From: a virus
Lineage: Duplodnaviria; Caudoviricetes
Direction: 5' to 3' (one strand)
Length of the DNA: 62,707 nt
IMG/VR virus record: IMGVR_UViG_3300033134_000003
Coordinates: 1-62,707 of that record
Shown: piece by piece, positions 60,318-62,707 of the stretch
Numbering within the stretch: position 1 is the first letter of the stretch
Layout of the letters: the number at the start of each line of letters is the position of its first letter
The notes under the pieces: generated by a model
Told to the model about the DNA's origin: nothing
What the model saw: only the letters and a program-made list of their open reading frames with translations
Databases searched by the model: none
Program-made: the position numbers and the translations under genes

Positions 60318-61472
60318 ATGAACGCTGAAGCACGCGCTTTCGATGTCAAGCCGGCGGTCCGTGAGGCCGTCGGGCTCCTGATCGGGATTGTCGGCCCATC
60401 ATCGAGCGGCAAGACGTACACCGCCTTGCGCCTGGCGAGCGGTATGCGCCGCATCGTGGGCGGGGAGATCGACTTCGTCGATACCGAGAATCGTCGCGCG
60501 CTCTACTACGCCGACAAGTTCCGGTTCAATCACCTGAACTTCACGAAGCCGTTCTCGCCGCTCGATTACCTCGAAGCAATCAGGCACTGCGTGAAGCGCG
60601 GCGCGAAGACGATCGTCGTCGATTCTGCGTCGCACGAGCACGAAGGCCCGGGCGGTGTCCTCGAGTGGCACGCCGAGGAGACCAAGCGCGTCGCCGCGCA
60701 GTGGAAGACGAGCGAGGAGAAGGCGCAGATGGCGGCGTGGGGACCGCCCAAAGCCGCGCGTCGGCGCCTCATCAACGAGGTGCTGCAGATGAACGTGAAC
60801 CTCATTTTCACGTTTCGCGCGAAAGAGAAGATCAAGATCGTGACGGGCAAGAATCCGATCCCGCTCGGCTGGCAACCGATCTGCGGCGAGGAGTTCATGT
60901 ACGAATTCGCGCTGCAGATCCTGCTGCCCCCCGGCTCCGAAGGCCGCCCGCGCTGGAACTCCGACATGGAGAGCGAGCGGGCGATCATGAAGCTCCCGTC
61001 GCAGTTCCGCGATATCTTTCTAGGCGAAAATGACGGCAAGCAACTCGATGAGCGCACCGGGGAGCGGCTGGCGGAGTGGGCCGCGGGCGGAGTGAAGCTC
61101 GCGCCGCAGGCCGTCGAGCTCATCGCGGAATTCGCCAAGTGCGAGGACGAGAAGGCCTACAAAGCGCTCGAAGCAAAGCGCGCCGCGGCGTGGAAAGCAA
61201 TGCCGCCGGAGAGCAAGCAGCGCGTGAAGGCGGCATCGGAGGCCGCGCTCGAGCGGCTTGCGAAGCCGAGCAACGGCACCGATGCGGGCGGCGGTCTGCG
61301 GCCAGCATTCACAAGCGAAAGCGCCGTCAAGCTCATCCGGGAATGCAAGACCGAAGAGGACCTGCGTGCCGCTCGCGCAGAGATCTGGGGCGAGTTCAAC
61401 GGAGACGTGCCAATCGATGTAGAGGCGAGCTGGAATGACCGCGCGGAGGCCCTCAAACAAGGCGAGCTTTGA
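60318..61472 (+). CDS. Sak4-like AAA ATPase / single-strand annealing protein
   Basis: GPSSSGKTYTAL, VDTE, VVDSASHEHEGPGG, FMYEF. Confidence 0.85.
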   Translation: MNAEARAFDVKPAVREAVGLLIGIVGPSSSGKTYTALRLASGMRRIVGGEIDFVDTENRRALYYADKFRFNHLNFTKPFSPLDYLEAIRHCVKRGAKTIVVDSASHEHEGPGGVLEWHAEETKRVAAQWKTSEEKAQMAAWGPPKAARRRLINEVLQMNVNLIFTFRAKEKIKIVTGKNPIPLGWQPICGEEFMYEFALQILLPPGSEGRPRWNSDMESERAIMKLPSQFRDIFLGENDGKQLDERTGERLAEWAAGGVKLAPQAVELIAEFAKCEDEKAYKALEAKRAAAWKAMPPESKQRVKAASEAALERLAKPSNGTDAGGGLRPAFTSESAVKLIRECKTEEDLRAARAEIWGEFNGDVPIDVEASWNDRAEALKQGEL

Positions 61473-61586
61473 ACATCGCCGCGTCTCCCGCAATGACTGC
61501 GCCTGCGACTGACCCCCTTTCCGCAGCTGCTCTCAGCTCGCGAGGCGCGGCGATTCTTTCCGCATGAACTTTGAGGTCACCAGCCG

Positions 61587-61781
61587 ATGAAGAGCACCCG
61601 CGTGCGCCTGTCTTGCACGACGAGCCCGCAGGTCGGTGAGGCGGTCGAGGCGCTCTTGTGGTCAGGGCTCTACGGCCGTACGCGCGCGGAGGTCGTCGAG
61701 CGGCTCCTGTGCGATGCGGTCGCCGAGAAGATCCGCGCGGGAGTTGTCAGGGCCGATGACCTGCAGGAGCCGCGGACGTGA
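61587..61781 (+). CDS. Small ribbon-helix-helix-like protein
   Basis: GLYGRTRAEVVERLL. Confidence 0.5.
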   Translation: MKSTRVRLSCTTSPQVGEAVEALLWSGLYGRTRAEVVERLLCDAVAEKIRAGVVRADDLQEPRT

Positions 61782-61832
61782 GCGAGCCGCTCAAAACCAT
61801 GCACGGCTGCTTTGCGGGGAAGGAGGTGGAAC

Positions 61833-62013
61833 GATGGCTCGCGAGATATTGAGGATTGAAGCGTTGAAGCGCATCGCCCAGATTCGCCAGCGCGATCGAG
61901 AGATGTACCGCGAGGGCGGCAGCAACCTCCAAGTGCGCGAGGATATCCACTTTCTGCTGACACACTTGGACGAGGTTCTCGCGCAAATGAATCGAGAGGC
62001 CGCCAATGGCTGA
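61833..62013 (+). CDS. Hypothetical protein
   Basis: AAGGAGGT RBS before ATG (start coordinate approximate). Confidence 0.5.
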
Positions 62014-62038
62014 GCATCCCGAGAAGAAGGAAAGCCAA

Positions 62039-62707
62039 ATGCACGATTTTGTTAAAACGCGCGCCGCGCAACTGCGGCTCGAACAGGTCATGGCGTGGTC
62101 GCTCAGAAGCGGCGCGCATAACCAGAACGACAAAGGGGAAGCGTGCGTCATGGAGGCTGTCGCGTATGTCGCAGGCCGTCCGTGGTCTGATTCGCCCCCC
62201 TGCGTCTCGCCTTCAATTGGCGCGTTTATGCGTTCGTGGAACGATGCACTACCGAGCGATGCAGAGCGCGATCGGCTGCTAAAACCGCTGATTCCGACGC
62301 TCATCAACACCAAGACTTCTGACGCGGATGAGCAGCGCCGCGCCTTCATGGCGATGGACTGGCTCGTGCGCGTGTTCACGCCCAAGTGGCTCGATCTCGT
62401 TCCGGCTCTCAAACCACACTCTGTGGCACTGCGTGACTCCGAAGAGATTTGCGATATAGCAGGGCTCGTAGCGGCGACAGCGAAGCTGCGTGCCGCGCGC
62501 GAGGCTTCGGCCGCCGCCTGGGACGCCGCCAGGGACCCCGCCTGGGACGCCGCCAGGGACCCCGCCTGGGACGCCGCCAGGGACGCCGCCAGCGACGCCG
62601 CCAGGGACGCCGCCTGGGCCGCCGCCTGGGACGCCGCCAGGGACGCCGCCTGGGACGCCGCCTGGGACCCCGCCTGGGACGCCGCCAGGGACGCCGCCTG
62701 GGACGCC
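62039..62707 (+). CDS. Phage protein with AAWD/AARD repeats (3' partial)
   Basis: [24 protein letters not shown]...[12 protein letters not shown], then tetrapeptide repeats; runs off the window. Confidence 0.8.
   Translation, partial: MHDFVKTRAAQLRLEQVMAWSLRSGAHNQNDKGEACVMEAVAYVAGRPWSDSPPCVSPSIGAFMRSWNDALPSDAERDRLLKPLIPTLINTKTSDADEQRRAFMAMDWLVRVFTPKWLDLVPALKPHSVALRDSEEICDIAGLVAATAKLRAAREASAAAWDAARDPAWDAARDPAWDAARDAASDAARDAAWAAAWDAARDAAWDAAWDPAWDAARDAAWDA
62510..62707 (+). repeat. Degenerate 12-bp coding tandem repeat (GCCGCCWGGGAC)
   Basis: About 16 consecutive units to the window end. Confidence 0.9.

Noticed and set aside
62510-62707. Possible CRISPR array
   Set aside because: Contiguous 12-bp in-frame units with no unique spacers, and no cas genes
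1-62707. Frequent TCGA/CTCGAG as a modification-target signal
   Set aside because: Explainable by CTC/GTC/ATC-GAG codon usage; not quantified
1-62707. tRNA, rRNA, integrase, CI-type repressor, tail sheath
   Set aside because: No supporting motifs found by eye; GGTTCGA hits lie inside coding regions

Overview
GC-rich, apparently near-complete genome of a tailed dsDNA phage with an HK97-type head and a non-contractile (sipho-type) tail. The host is probably a Gram-negative bacterium (inferred). The window starts and ends inside the + strand early region and breaks in a 12-bp tandem repeat. On the - strand, from about 53.3 kb down to 1 kb, it encodes: Cro-like HTH, replication initiator, nucleases, J-domain protein, GNAT, HNH, TerS, TerL (with a class 3 LAGLIDADG intein), portal, protease, capsid, neck, tail tube, frameshifted tail chaperones, tape measure, tail tip, lysis genes and a class 3 lipase. 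The + strand carries recombination genes (RecE/Sak4-like), two paralogous early control modules, a counter-oriented cassette between HNH and TerS, and a TGT/DpdA-like gene. No integrase, tRNA, rRNA or CRISPR array was seen. The most unusual element is a 12-kb block of five signal-peptide-bearing fibre/adhesin-like proteins (mostly Cys-paired) inserted between the tail terminator and the major tail gene. Candidate docking motifs (a T4 gp9-like N-terminal motif, a TADS x3 extension on the tail tube, a shared HHGRG N-terminus) suggest virion appendages that fold in the periplasm and attach at lysis. A stand-alone TnpB with a rearranged RuvC site sits inside that block. All family assignments come from motif recognition by eye, not database searches.
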